Below are positions 9,288 to 18,900 of a stretch of DNA of 64,000 bases, piece after piece. A program made the translations under genes and the position numbers. Under the pieces are notes generated by a model. That model did not search any database. It was given only the letters and a program-made list of their open reading frames with translations, and was not told the origin of the DNA. Each line of letters opens with the position of its first letter. The stretch's first letter is position 1. The stretch covers positions 2,752,001 to 2,816,000 of the forward strand of contig OY820579.1 of NCBI GenBank assembly GCA_963681965.1, in the 5' to 3' direction. This stretch comes from a bacterium (GTDB lineage Bacteria; Electryoneota; JAOADG01).

Positions 9288-9881
9288 TTATTTCAAATTG
9301 AATGCAACGCGACGATTCTTCGACCATGCAGCTTCGGTATGTCCTTGTTCGGCTGGACGCTCTTTCCCATAGGAAATGGTGGTAACACGGTCAGTCGCGA
9401 TACCATAGTCTAGCAAGAACTTTTTAACGGATTGCGCACGTCGTTCGCCCAATGCCAAGTTATATTCGCTCGAACCGCGCTCGTCGGCATGACCTTCCAA
9501 CTGAACTTTCCAAGTCGGATAAGATTTCAGTAAGTTGCCATCGAACGATGCATCGGTCGTCATATCCTTGCGAATATTCGACTTGTCGTAATCGAAATAA
9601 ATGACCTTAATCGCAGCTTTGTCTTTTGCTTCGGCTTCTGCCTTCAAACGTGCTGCATCCATTTCAGCTTTTCGTTTGGCTTCATCTTCTGCACGTCGCT
9701 TGGCTTCGGCAGCAGCTTGTTCTTCGGCTCTCCGCTTGGCTTCTTCAGCAGCTTTGATTGAATCGAGATTAATTGTCGGTTTTGCATCTTCCTTCTTGGG
9801 TTTTGGACCGCAGCCGGTAGTCGATAACAATAAACCACCTGCCAGAGCAACCACAGCCAAACCGATCATTGAATACTTCAT
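9288..9881 (-). CDS. pal: peptidoglycan-associated lipoprotein Pal
   Basis: Lipobox TTGC; IYFDYDKS, EGHADERGSSEYNLALGERRA, ISYGKERP, KNRR. Confidence 0.95.
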   Translation of the reverse strand: MKYSMIGLAVVALAGGLLLSTTGCGPKPKKEDAKPTINLDSIKAAEEAKRRAEEQAAAEAKRRAEDEAKRKAEMDAARLKAEAEAKDKAAIKVIYFDYDKSNIRKDMTTDASFDGNLLKSYPTWKVQLEGHADERGSSEYNLALGERRAQSVKKFLLDYGIATDRVTTISYGKERPAEQGHTEAAWSKNRRVAFNLK

Positions 9882-9911
9882 AGATTTCCTCCAGTAATTG
9901 AATTTTGAAAA

Positions 9912-11222
9912 TTATTCGTTGGTTAGGGGTGGACCCCAGACCGGTCGTTGCGCGTCAACGCCACCGATGATAAAATCAACATCTCCCGTTTCGGGAGTTA
10001 GCAAAGCGATACCAGTTTCCCCGCGCCATACTGTTACAAAAGATATACGAAAACCCCCCGGTGTGAAAGCAGGATCTTTTTGATCTTCGGAATAATATAA
10101 TAAACGCTTGTGGGTAATTCCTGCAGGATCTGTCGAATACAATTGAAATACCCCATTTTCACGTCTAACGTAAACGATTTTATCTCCTTGAGGAGAATAG
10201 CAGGGTGAATCGTTGTATTCCCCTTCGAAAGTGAGCCGTCGAACGTCAGTACCATCCGAAGCCATCGAGTAAACCTGCGGGGTTCCACTCCGATCACTAG
10301 TAAAAGTAATACGATCCCCTTTCGGACTCCAGGAGGGTGAGGTCGAAATATCGTTCGGGGAGAATGTCAATTGCGTGCGGTTCGTTCCGTTGATGTCAAT
10401 GGTATAGATCTCAGTGTTACCGCCGACTGACGATGCGAACACTACCGTATGTCCGTCCGGCGAGATCGCCGGACTACTATCAACATGAGGTGATGAATAC
10501 AATACATGCGCTTCGCCGGTAGCGACTGATTGCAGCCACACATCGGCGTTGCCATTGCGAAAACTGGTAAAAGCGATCTTGGAACCATCGGGTGAAATCG
10601 AGGGGGACATTAAGATTGTCCCGAATTTCGAAAGCTGTTGCTTGTCTTCACCCATCGCATTGCAGGTGAATAGTTCTTGAGCGCCACCTCTGACACGATC
10701 GGCGTAATACATTCTCGCAGTTGCGAAACCGGGTACGCCGACAAGTTGCATTTGTAGTGTACTTCCAGCTAGCAATGCCCCATCGATCGGTTGATTAGCC
10801 GTTGCATACGATTTAAACCAATACGGTCGGACACCGTCACCGGCATACAACGATAAGGTAACTGCGCCTCCACTACTGGCTTTTCGGACTTCTAGCTTCG
10901 CATTGGGTATCAATACTCCGGGAACAAGTGTGTCAGGCATGCGATCGACAACTTTTACGGCACCCGAGATGTTTAAAACTTTTGTCAGTCGCTTCGACCA
11001 TTCCGAGGCTTCGTCGGAAGGGAGAAGCCAAGCTGAATCGGCTGATACCGCACCTGGGAAGAATAATACCGGTTTGGATACCCCTTGAGCGGTGCCCTGT
11101 AATACCACTTCTGGCTGTGCCGAAAAAGTAGTGTTATTGAAGAAACCAAGAGCCGCCACTAGGAGAACGAGTGTGGATACGTAGTGTGAGTTCGTAAGTC
11201 GATGGTGGCTGGTATATGACAT
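9912..11222 (-). CDS. tolB: Tol-Pal beta-propeller protein TolB
   Basis: PD40-like repeats SPDGSKIAFTS, SPSWSPKGDRITFTSDRSGTPQVY; precedes pal. Confidence 0.85.
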   Translation of the reverse strand: MSYTSHHRLTNSHYVSTLVLLVAALGFFNNTTFSAQPEVVLQGTAQGVSKPVLFFPGAVSADSAWLLPSDEASEWSKRLTKVLNISGAVKVVDRMPDTLVPGVLIPNAKLEVRKASSGGAVTLSLYAGDGVRPYWFKSYATANQPIDGALLAGSTLQMQLVGVPGFATARMYYADRVRGGAQELFTCNAMGEDKQQLSKFGTILMSPSISPDGSKIAFTSFRNGNADVWLQSVATGEAHVLYSSPHVDSSPAISPDGHTVVFASSVGGNTEIYTIDINGTNRTQLTFSPNDISTSPSWSPKGDRITFTSDRSGTPQVYSMASDGTDVRRLTFEGEYNDSPCYSPQGDKIVYVRRENGVFQLYSTDPAGITHKRLLYYSEDQKDPAFTPGGFRISFVTVWRGETGIALLTPETGDVDFIIGGVDAQRPVWGPPLTNE

Positions 11223-11307
11223 TTTACTCTTGATTAACCGTTTCCGGTCGATTAGGACGATTGCTGAAAGTACTTACCATGCTTATGTTACATCAGCACT
11301 GAGAGAA

Positions 11308-11333
11308 GAACGGGCGACTTAGGTCGCCCGTTC
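11308..11333 (-). terminator. hairpin downstream of tRNA-Lys
   Basis: GAACGGGCGAC-TTAG-GTCGCCCGTTC perfect 11-bp stem. Confidence 0.65.
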
Positions 11334-11340
11334 CTAGGAG

Positions 11341-11414
11341 TGAGGGAGGCGGGATTCGAACCCACGACCCACGGCTTAAAAGGCCGGTGCTCTACCGGGC
11401 TGAGCTACTCCCCC
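11341..11414 (-). tRNA. tRNA-Lys (UUU), CCA not encoded
   Basis: Revcomp GGGGGAG TA GCTC AGCCCGGTA GAGC A CCGGC CTTTTAA GCCGT GGGTC GTGGG TTCGAAT CCCGC CTCCCTC A folds as a cloverleaf. Confidence 0.95.
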
Positions 11415-11498
11415 TACAAGAAAAAAGCGTTTTAGCAAACGCTTACAGAGTTCTAATATGCATCAGAAAATACTCCAAAAGCAAGTGCTCGCTCGAAC

Positions 11499-11527
11499 TT
11501 GACAAACGAGATCGAGAATCGTATATT
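11499..11527 (+). promoter_or_regulatory. strong sigma70-like promoter
   Basis: TTGACA, 17 nt, TATATT. Confidence 0.75.
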
Positions 11528-11670
11528 TATCGTGTTCGGCAACACCAGCGAGTTTTACTACGCTAACGTTGCAGACGGTAAGGCTCCCCGAAAGCGAGCA
11601 TCAAGTTAGGACGACTGACCGAAACCTTACCTAATAGGAAGGACGGCAGAAGTTGAAGAAAGGAATTACG

Positions 11671-12240
11671 ATGAAGAAGGTCTTATTTGGTTTATTGATC
11701 GTCGCATTGGTCATGTTGGTTGGCTGCGCGACTCCGGAACAAAAAGCTCAGAAATTGTTTGAGCAGGGCAAATACGAAGAAATCTTAGCTCAGTACGGTC
11801 AACTCCCGATCGCTGCCGAAGCGAAGAACAAAATTGCCGAAAAAATGTTCAACGAAGGCAAATTTGAAGAAGTATTGAAGACCTATCCGGATAGCCCAGT
11901 TGCACCGCAAGCCAAGGCGAAGATTGCCGAAAAATTGTTCAACGAAGGCAAATATGACGAAGTCATCGCCGGCTACGGTGATACCCCGTTCGCAATGCAA
12001 GCGAAGGACATGAAGGCAAAGGCTGAATTCGAAGCCGCGACCAAGGAAAAGAAGAAAGACGCCCAGAAGAAGATGTTGGAAGACATCGTTGCCAAGTACG
12101 CAGGTACGCCGACCGCTGCCAATGCACAGCAAATGATCGACGATATGAGCAAGAAGGGTGGCAAGAAGGGCGCAGCACCAGCTAAGGGCGAGAAAAAAGC
12201 AGCCGCAGCGAAGCCAGCAAAGAAAGCCGGCAAAAAATAA
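11671..12240 (+). CDS. lipoprotein with three 30-aa TPR-like repeats and Lys/Ala-rich tail
   Basis: Lipobox LVGC after MKK and hydrophobic stretch; AEKxFNEGKyeEV repeats; AAGGA RBS. Confidence 0.85.
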   Translation: MKKVLFGLLIVALVMLVGCATPEQKAQKLFEQGKYEEILAQYGQLPIAAEAKNKIAEKMFNEGKFEEVLKTYPDSPVAPQAKAKIAEKLFNEGKYDEVIAGYGDTPFAMQAKDMKAKAEFEAATKEKKKDAQKKMLEDIVAKYAGTPTAANAQQMIDDMSKKGGKKGAAPAKGEKKAAAAKPAKKAGKK

Positions 12241-12269
12241 TCACCCTAAGTGATTTGATTTAAGATCGA

Positions 12270-12297
12270 CCCCCAGTGAAAGCTGGGGGTTTTTCTT
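12270..12297 (+). terminator. intrinsic terminator
   Basis: CCCCCAG-TGAAAG-CTGGGGG followed by T tract. Confidence 0.85.
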
Positions 12298-12448
12298 ATC
12301 CATCAAATCCTGCTTTGTGACTTTCAGTTATGCTTGGAAAGAACTTATTGAAGCATCTGGACTTGGAGGGCTTGAACATTACAATGGTTTGAAGAATCGC
12401 TCTACTGTCTTTTTTATAGAATCTCTTGAAAATATGTTATTTTCGGTA

Positions 12449-12495
12449 GTAGGGGCGGATCCCCGCGTCCGCCCGCAGGTCAGGCGTAGCCTGAC
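12449..12495 (+). repeat. two adjacent REP-like palindromes
   Basis: GTAG-GGGCGGA-tccccgcg-TCCGCCC and GCAG-GTCAGGC-gta-GCCTGAC. Confidence 0.6.
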
Positions 12496-12712
12496 ACCGA
12501 ATCATGATAACTTGTTTTCAAGTACCACTATAACAAATCATTAAGGGTGGACCCCAGAGGCTGTTCGAAGTTCAGATGAAGCCAGACACCACTGATTATA
12601 TAGAGATACTTTTGTTGAAGGTAGAGCGTTTTTGGTGAAGCAATTACTCAAGGCTGTGGAAGAACATGATCACATTCGGAAGACAATAAAGATACTATCT
12701 TCACATTCAAAT

Positions 12713-14371
12713 CTAATTAGTCGGTGGATTGATTACATAAATGCACTCACCATTCAAAACGTGTACTTCCCATCTGTCCCGGTAAGTATCAACCACCATC
12801 GAATATAGGTTGAACTGCTCGCCAATCGATTTGATCGTAAGGGGGGTTGCATCAAGGGCATCTTGCGTCACTAACACTCGATGTTTACCGACAATCAGCG
12901 TTCGATCAATTTTGTTTTTAAGATATTCTGTGGCAGTTAAATCGTTGGGAATATTGCGTTTTAATTCGCCATACGAAAGCACCTCCGCTGACGTACGGTG
13001 TCGTATCCCTTCAGCCATTACCCAATCGTATGCAGTCAAAATAAAGTCGCCAGGGGTAGCCATTGCAGCAATCGGGGTAGTTCTCGAATAGAAGTAATCG
13101 TACTTTCGGTTCCGTATCCATCTCATCGATCCAAATTCATTGGAAATTCCCAATGATAGTGAGACTAAAATAACCGGAAGGATGTATCCAAATCGATGAC
13201 TTACTGTCTTAGCGCGATGACCAATAAAAGCTAATATCCAGATGCAAATCGATTGAGGTATCCAGAATTCTACATTCGAAGAATCCCAAAATGAAAAGAA
13301 AGTCGTGTAGACGCATAGCCACAACAACACAGCTTGAACAATGATTTTTTCATTCGCTGATAAAGTTCGACGATTTTGAATTAATCTTGAAAGACCCAAT
13401 ACAACCCACCCACCAACCATAAGTGCCAGGATTGATAGCAGTATAGCGATGTTACTGTTTATTGATCGGGTTAAAAATAAATCTTCATCGATGAAAAAGC
13501 GTTGACGTAATGCATTGAGAGTACTTGGCGAAACAGGGAGGCGGTAAATGAATTGACCACCGATAAAGCTTTGCGTAAATCCATAGAGAATCTTGATTAG
13601 CGTAAAAGGTGAGATCTGGTTCCAGTAATTTGAATTGTGTGCATACAGTGTCAACCAGTTCCATGCCTCTGGTACTGAGGCAAATTTCTTTACACAAAAC
13701 ATTACATACAGATATGGGAGTGTGATCGCAGCATTCGCTGTAGTAATAAACAATATAATCGCATTTTTAATATCAGTATCGAGTGAATTTCTTCGGTAAT
13801 AAAGTACTCCCAGAAAAACGATCCCCCAGAGAATATTTACTTGATGAGTGAGAACTGCTAGCGAAAATGTGGTCGTCGCAAAAAGGATTCTTCCACTTGT
13901 GATTCGAGGGTGGGTAATGATATACAATGTTAGAACGATGAAAAATAGCGGTACTAGATAAACTTCCAAAGCTGTCGAGTATAACCAAAATCCGTATGAT
14001 AAGAGAATGGGGAGGAGCGATATTGCTGTTGTGAATCTTCGCCATTGCAAGCGATCGGTGAAAAGCCGGTATAGAGTTGTGATTACTCCAGCTCCGAAAA
14101 TGGAACTAAAAATCTGAAGAACTGTGAGACTGTCACCGGTAAAACTAAAAAACCGCCATAACTGTAACCAGCCGTAAGCAGCGATATGATAAAGCAAATG
14201 ATGGGGATTGATTAAATCGGATCCGCGAGTGATATCATTGATGTAAATAGCCGAATCTTTAGCTATCCCCAGATTATTCGTCAGAGTTGACACAAAAAAT
14301 AGAAGGCTAGTACAGTAAATGGTTACTGTCAGGAATTGCTGTGATTCTTTGTTAGTACTTGACATCATCAC
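12713..14371 (-). CDS. polytopic membrane protein, probable GT-C fold glycosyltransferase (PMT/DUF2723-like)
   Basis: Many TM segments; first-loop KDSAIY, PHHLLY, FWLYSTALEVY; soluble C-terminal domain. Confidence 0.55.
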   Translation of the reverse strand: MMMSSTNKESQQFLTVTIYCTSLLFFVSTLTNNLGIAKDSAIYINDITRGSDLINPHHLLYHIAAYGWLQLWRFFSFTGDSLTVLQIFSSIFGAGVITTLYRLFTDRLQWRRFTTAISLLPILLSYGFWLYSTALEVYLVPLFFIVLTLYIITHPRITSGRILFATTTFSLAVLTHQVNILWGIVFLGVLYYRRNSLDTDIKNAIILFITTANAAITLPYLYVMFCVKKFASVPEAWNWLTLYAHNSNYWNQISPFTLIKILYGFTQSFIGGQFIYRLPVSPSTLNALRQRFFIDEDLFLTRSINSNIAILLSILALMVGGWVVLGLSRLIQNRRTLSANEKIIVQAVLLWLCVYTTFFSFWDSSNVEFWIPQSICIWILAFIGHRAKTVSHRFGYILPVILVSLSLGISNEFGSMRWIRNRKYDYFYSRTTPIAAMATPGDFILTAYDWVMAEGIRHRTSAEVLSYGELKRNIPNDLTATEYLKNKIDRTLIVGKHRVLVTQDALDATPLTIKSIGEQFNLYSMVVDTYRDRWEVHVLNGECIYVINPPTN

Positions 14372-14403
14372 TATTTGAATTATTTCTGATACTCTATCTG
14401 AGT

Positions 14404-15660
14404 TTATTCAGTTGAAACGTCTACTCTTCGCAAAGTGCTGGTTTCAGTATCCAATTTACTAATATAAATCATAGCCATGGACGCGAATATCCACACTATT
14501 GCGGCAACCATCAATGCGATGCGATTTCCAAACAAAAGCGTAATCGCCAATCCTAGAAATGGTGCAAATGAACCGCGAATACCGGTCGCAGCAATATGCA
14601 CCGATTGATAGACTCCGACATCTTCATTCGATCGGGCAAATCGCATCGCACTAAGGTGCCATAGTGTGTGAACACCACTCATAATGAAGCCGAACAATCC
14701 AAACGAGATAAATAGACCAATTTTTTGATACATACCAGTTAAAAAACCAGTGAAAATTAGAGCAATCGGAAATAGTGCGCCTAGTGCAAAAACTCGCGCG
14801 GAAAGACGCCGAGGTGTAGATCGATCGAAGACGTGTCCGAAGAAAGGGATACCAACGATCATGACTAGTTGAAATACTGTTCCTCGGGCTAAGCCGATAT
14901 CGGCATAATGGAGGTGAAGATCATCCACCAAATATAACGGGATGATTGGTAGTTGCATCATGAATGCGATACCGTATAACATGAAAGCAGCTTCAAATCG
15001 AAAAAAATCATGCCGTTTTCGCAAGAGTTGAAGTACTTCGCGCCAAGGGTCGAAGAATGTTTTTTTGCTAATGTAGTAGATCTTTTGGGGATCTGGCTTA
15101 GTTTTCACCGAGGAAAGCGCAATTATTCCAAAGAAAGCGACAATTCCAACTGTTAAGAACAATGATTGCCAATTTTGAGTCCCTTGATCGAGCCACCATC
15201 CGGAAAAAGCCGAAAAAATGGCTCCGATCAACATACTGATACTGTATGCGCGACCAAATACTCTTCCAGTATGAGTTTGAGCCACATATTGCTGGAGAAT
15301 TCGGCTTTGAGCCAAAGTATGATAGGGGCTTACAAAAGCGAAAACCGCAAAAATACAAAAAAGATGATAGAAATTGGTTAACCAAAAACCACTAAGAAAG
15401 GTAAGAACAGTAATCATACCGGTGAAAAAAATTGTCTTTCTTTGGTCCCTGCCTGAAAGGAGACGTCCAGTCCAGATAGAAGTAACACTGGCTAAAGGAA
15501 TGATCATTGTTAAAAATGTAATTTGTAATGGATTGGCTAATAGGGATTTACGAGAAATTACTTCGCCAAACTGCGATATCGCGTTGACGATTGAAAACAT
15601 CGATATAAAAAAATATAATCTACCGATTGCAGAATATTGATCTAGAAACCTCGGTTTCAC
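14404..15660 (-). CDS. MFS transporter
   Basis: About 12 hydrophobic segments, GRLLSGRDQRK and GHVFDRSTPRR motif-A-like loops, TGRVFG. Confidence 0.8.
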   Translation of the reverse strand: MKPRFLDQYSAIGRLYFFISMFSIVNAISQFGEVISRKSLLANPLQITFLTMIIPLASVTSIWTGRLLSGRDQRKTIFFTGMITVLTFLSGFWLTNFYHLFCIFAVFAFVSPYHTLAQSRILQQYVAQTHTGRVFGRAYSISMLIGAIFSAFSGWWLDQGTQNWQSLFLTVGIVAFFGIIALSSVKTKPDPQKIYYISKKTFFDPWREVLQLLRKRHDFFRFEAAFMLYGIAFMMQLPIIPLYLVDDLHLHYADIGLARGTVFQLVMIVGIPFFGHVFDRSTPRRLSARVFALGALFPIALIFTGFLTGMYQKIGLFISFGLFGFIMSGVHTLWHLSAMRFARSNEDVGVYQSVHIAATGIRGSFAPFLGLAITLLFGNRIALMVAAIVWIFASMAMIYISKLDTETSTLRRVDVSTE

Positions 15661-15785
15661 AACTTTGTCTCTTATTAATCAGACAGAAAAAATCAGTGCT
15701 AGGCTGAATTGCACCTTGGAACAGAATAAATATGTGTATATTAGATAACTATTCAAACTACTTTTCAATTTCTACGACCCAATCT

Positions 15786-15851
15786 TCCAGTTCACTCAAT
15801 CAGAGACCGATAAGCTTTATAATTACAGTTCACTCAGATCAAATCGATAAA
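15786..15851 (+). promoter_or_regulatory. tandem imperfect repeat resembling two sigma28 promoters
   Basis: TCCAGTTC-N12-ACCGATAA and TACAGTTC-N11-ATCGATAA; CAGTTCACTCA exact at 15788 and 15826. Confidence 0.4.
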
Positions 15852-15935
15852 TAAAGTATATCGCTCTTTTATCGGATCTCAAAATCTGGAAAACTTATTC
15901 TGCTACGTAGTAATCGCTTTCTGTGGGGGAAAAGC

Positions 15936-18900
15936 ATGAATCGAGTTGGATACGGATCCTCAAAAATTCGCATTGTAGTCATCACATTGGTATTTACAAT
16001 TGCAATCCTCTGTCTCGGGATTGCCTTTATCTATTTTCAAGAATCATCTTTTCGGAAACAAAGCGAACTCGAACTTTCAGCGATTGCCGACCTGAAAGCA
16101 AAACAATTGGTCGAATGGCGGCAAGAAAGAATTGACGATGCTGAATCAATCATCTTAAATCACGAGTTAATCAATAATTTTGCGAATTTAATCGAGCATT
16201 CACAGATTGAAAGCATTCGAAATCAGATAAAAAATTGGTTGTCGATCATGAGCTGGTCGACGATGTATGAAGAGATATTAATAACCGATTCTAATGGAAT
16301 AATCTTAGTTTCTGAACCATCTGATCACAATGCTGGAAAGCAATATGACATTCAGTCGAGTCACACAGAAACCCACAAAGATAGTATCCGAGTAGTCGAT
16401 TTTTATCGAAGTTCAAACGGAAATATCTATATTGAATTTCAAATTCCGATTTATTCCAAGAAAATTGCCGATCAAAATAAGCTTCTTGGATTGATAATAC
16501 TGAAAGTCAATGCCGCTAATTTTATATATCCCGAATTGCAGGAATTTCCTATTCCTTCCGCTTCCGCTGAGTGTCTACTTGTTCGGCGCGATGGTGATTC
16601 AGTCGTGTATTTAAATGAATTACGTCACAGGAAAAATACTGCATTACAATTAAAATTTGCGCTTAGGGATACAGCGTTACCCGCAGTCAAAGTTGTTCTT
16701 GGTCGCAGAGGCATCTGCGAAGATACCGATTATCGGCATGTAAAAGTTATTGCAGCGCTTCGTGAGATTCCTTCGTCTCCTTGGTTTTTAGTTACGAAAA
16801 TCGATTCAAAAGAGATTAATCAGTCATTACGCTATAGTGAAACAATTCTGAGCGTCGCATTACTATTATTAATCGGCGCTGTTTGGGCAATATTTGCTGT
16901 AATCGTGGGAAAATTACGTCTTCACGACGTACAAAATCGTCTTGATCGCGAACAAGAACGTTCTGAATTGTTGTATCAGATTGAATCGTTGATGCGATAT
17001 GCCAACGATAGCATTTTTCTACTTGATTCTGGTTTCTCGATCATCGATGCAAATCTAAGTGCACAAACCGCTTTTAATGTCTCACAAGATGCAATGATCG
17101 GCAAGAATTTTACTGTCTTGTTTGGTAAATATATCGATATCGATTTTCAAACAGTTCTATTAATATCCGGAGATGCGAAAGAAACCACTTGGGAAGCGGA
17201 CATCCGCGATCGTAACAGTATCGTTTACCCGGCAGAATTGACGTTAACAACAATTTCGCATAATCGGCATCGAGTCTATCAATTAGTAATTTGCGATATC
17301 AGTGATCGGAAAAAATGGCAAAATGCACTGATCAAATCTTCAGAAGAAATTTCGGATCTCTATAATAATGCTCCATGTGGATATCATTCGATCGATTCCG
17401 ATGGATATATCGTTCGCATAAACGATACCGAACTCTCTTGGCTGGGGTATTCTCGCGAAGAAATCGTCAATCAAATAAGATTTGTCGATTTGTTGACAGA
17501 AGCAAGTCGTGGACTCTTCTTGGAACGATTTGAATATTTAAAAACCGATAGTGAAATTCAAAATATTGAATTATCCCTAATACGCAAAGATGGATTGATT
17601 CTTCCGGTACTTCACAACGCAAGCGCGTTGAAAACCGAGGATGGTAAGTTCATTTTGAGTCGATCGACAATTTTCGATCTGACTGAGCGAAAGAAAATCG
17701 AAGCTGTTTTACTCGAGAGTGAAGAACGATTTCGAAGAGCCTTTGAAGAAGGACCTCTCGGTGTTGTACTCGTCGATCCACAACTCAATTTTATTAAGGT
17801 CAATCAGGCATTTGCACAGATCGTTGGGTATACAACCGAAGAAATCGAGAGTATGTCGGTTAAAGACATCACGCATCCAGATTACTATGAGAACGATGTC
17901 GTTAACGTTATCAAATTACACGAACAAAAAATTAGTATCTATAAAACCGAGAAAGTATACATCCATAAAGATGGTCATTTCATCTGGGTTTCATTGACTG
18001 TTACTCCAATCAGAAGCGCCGACGGCAAAAAGAGCTACCAATTGGGGATGATTGAAGACATCACCGAGAAAAAATTAAATGAAGCTCGGTTGTATCGATC
18101 AAATCGGTCGTTAAGAATGTTATCCGATTGTAATCAAGTATTGATCCGTGCGAAGAGCGAAGTGGAGTTGATCCAGAAAATCGGACATACAATTTACACT
18201 CGTGGGGGATACCCGATTGTAGCAGTGATGTATATCGACCAGGAAGATCGAAATCGTCTAAAAATAGTTACTTCTAGCAGCGATGAAGAAATTTATCGCA
18301 ACGATGCAAAGCTGGTATGGGAAGCCACCGATTTAGTCAATACCCCGTTTTATCAAGCAATGAAAGAGCGTACACACGTTATCTGGTCTAAAGATGATGA
18401 TTTTAACAGCTCAATATGGTGGTCCGAAGCCGAAAAATTCAATTTTTCATATTCGATTAGCCTTCCAATGTACGAATTCGGTCATCTAATTGGAGTATTA
18501 AATATCTGTTCTAACGATTCACTCGCATTTCACGATGAAGAAGAGCTGAAACTTTTGCTCGAGTTGACCGATGATCTTTCGTTTGGCATCTCGATGCAAC
18601 GGGTAGAAGTTACGCGAAATCTAATCGAAGCCGATTTAAAAGCTGCCAACGAGTTTACGGTAGATTTAATTCGAACGGCAAATACTATGATAATTGGTAT
18701 GTCGATGAATGGGAGGATATCGATATTCAATGAAGCCGCTGAAAAAATCTCCGGCTATTCGATTGACGATCTTCAGTGTAAGAATTGGATTGAGGTTCTA
18801 ATACCTCGAGACGTTTATCCAGATGTTTGGCTTGAATTTCAGAAGTTATCGCAGGGTGGAATTCCAAAACAGTTTGACAGCCCTATATTGACCAAGCATG

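Noticed and set aside
11341-11414. tRNA as integration site of an island
   Set aside because: No integrase and no duplicated tRNA 3' end found in the window
11577-11631. Hammerhead ribozyme or c-di-GMP riboswitch
   Set aside because: CTGACCGAAAC does not give CUGANGA plus a separate stem and GAAA; GEMM motifs absent; kept only as an unknown structure
12317-12544. 75-aa ORF
   Set aside because: Runs through REP palindromes, no RBS or motif; probably spurious
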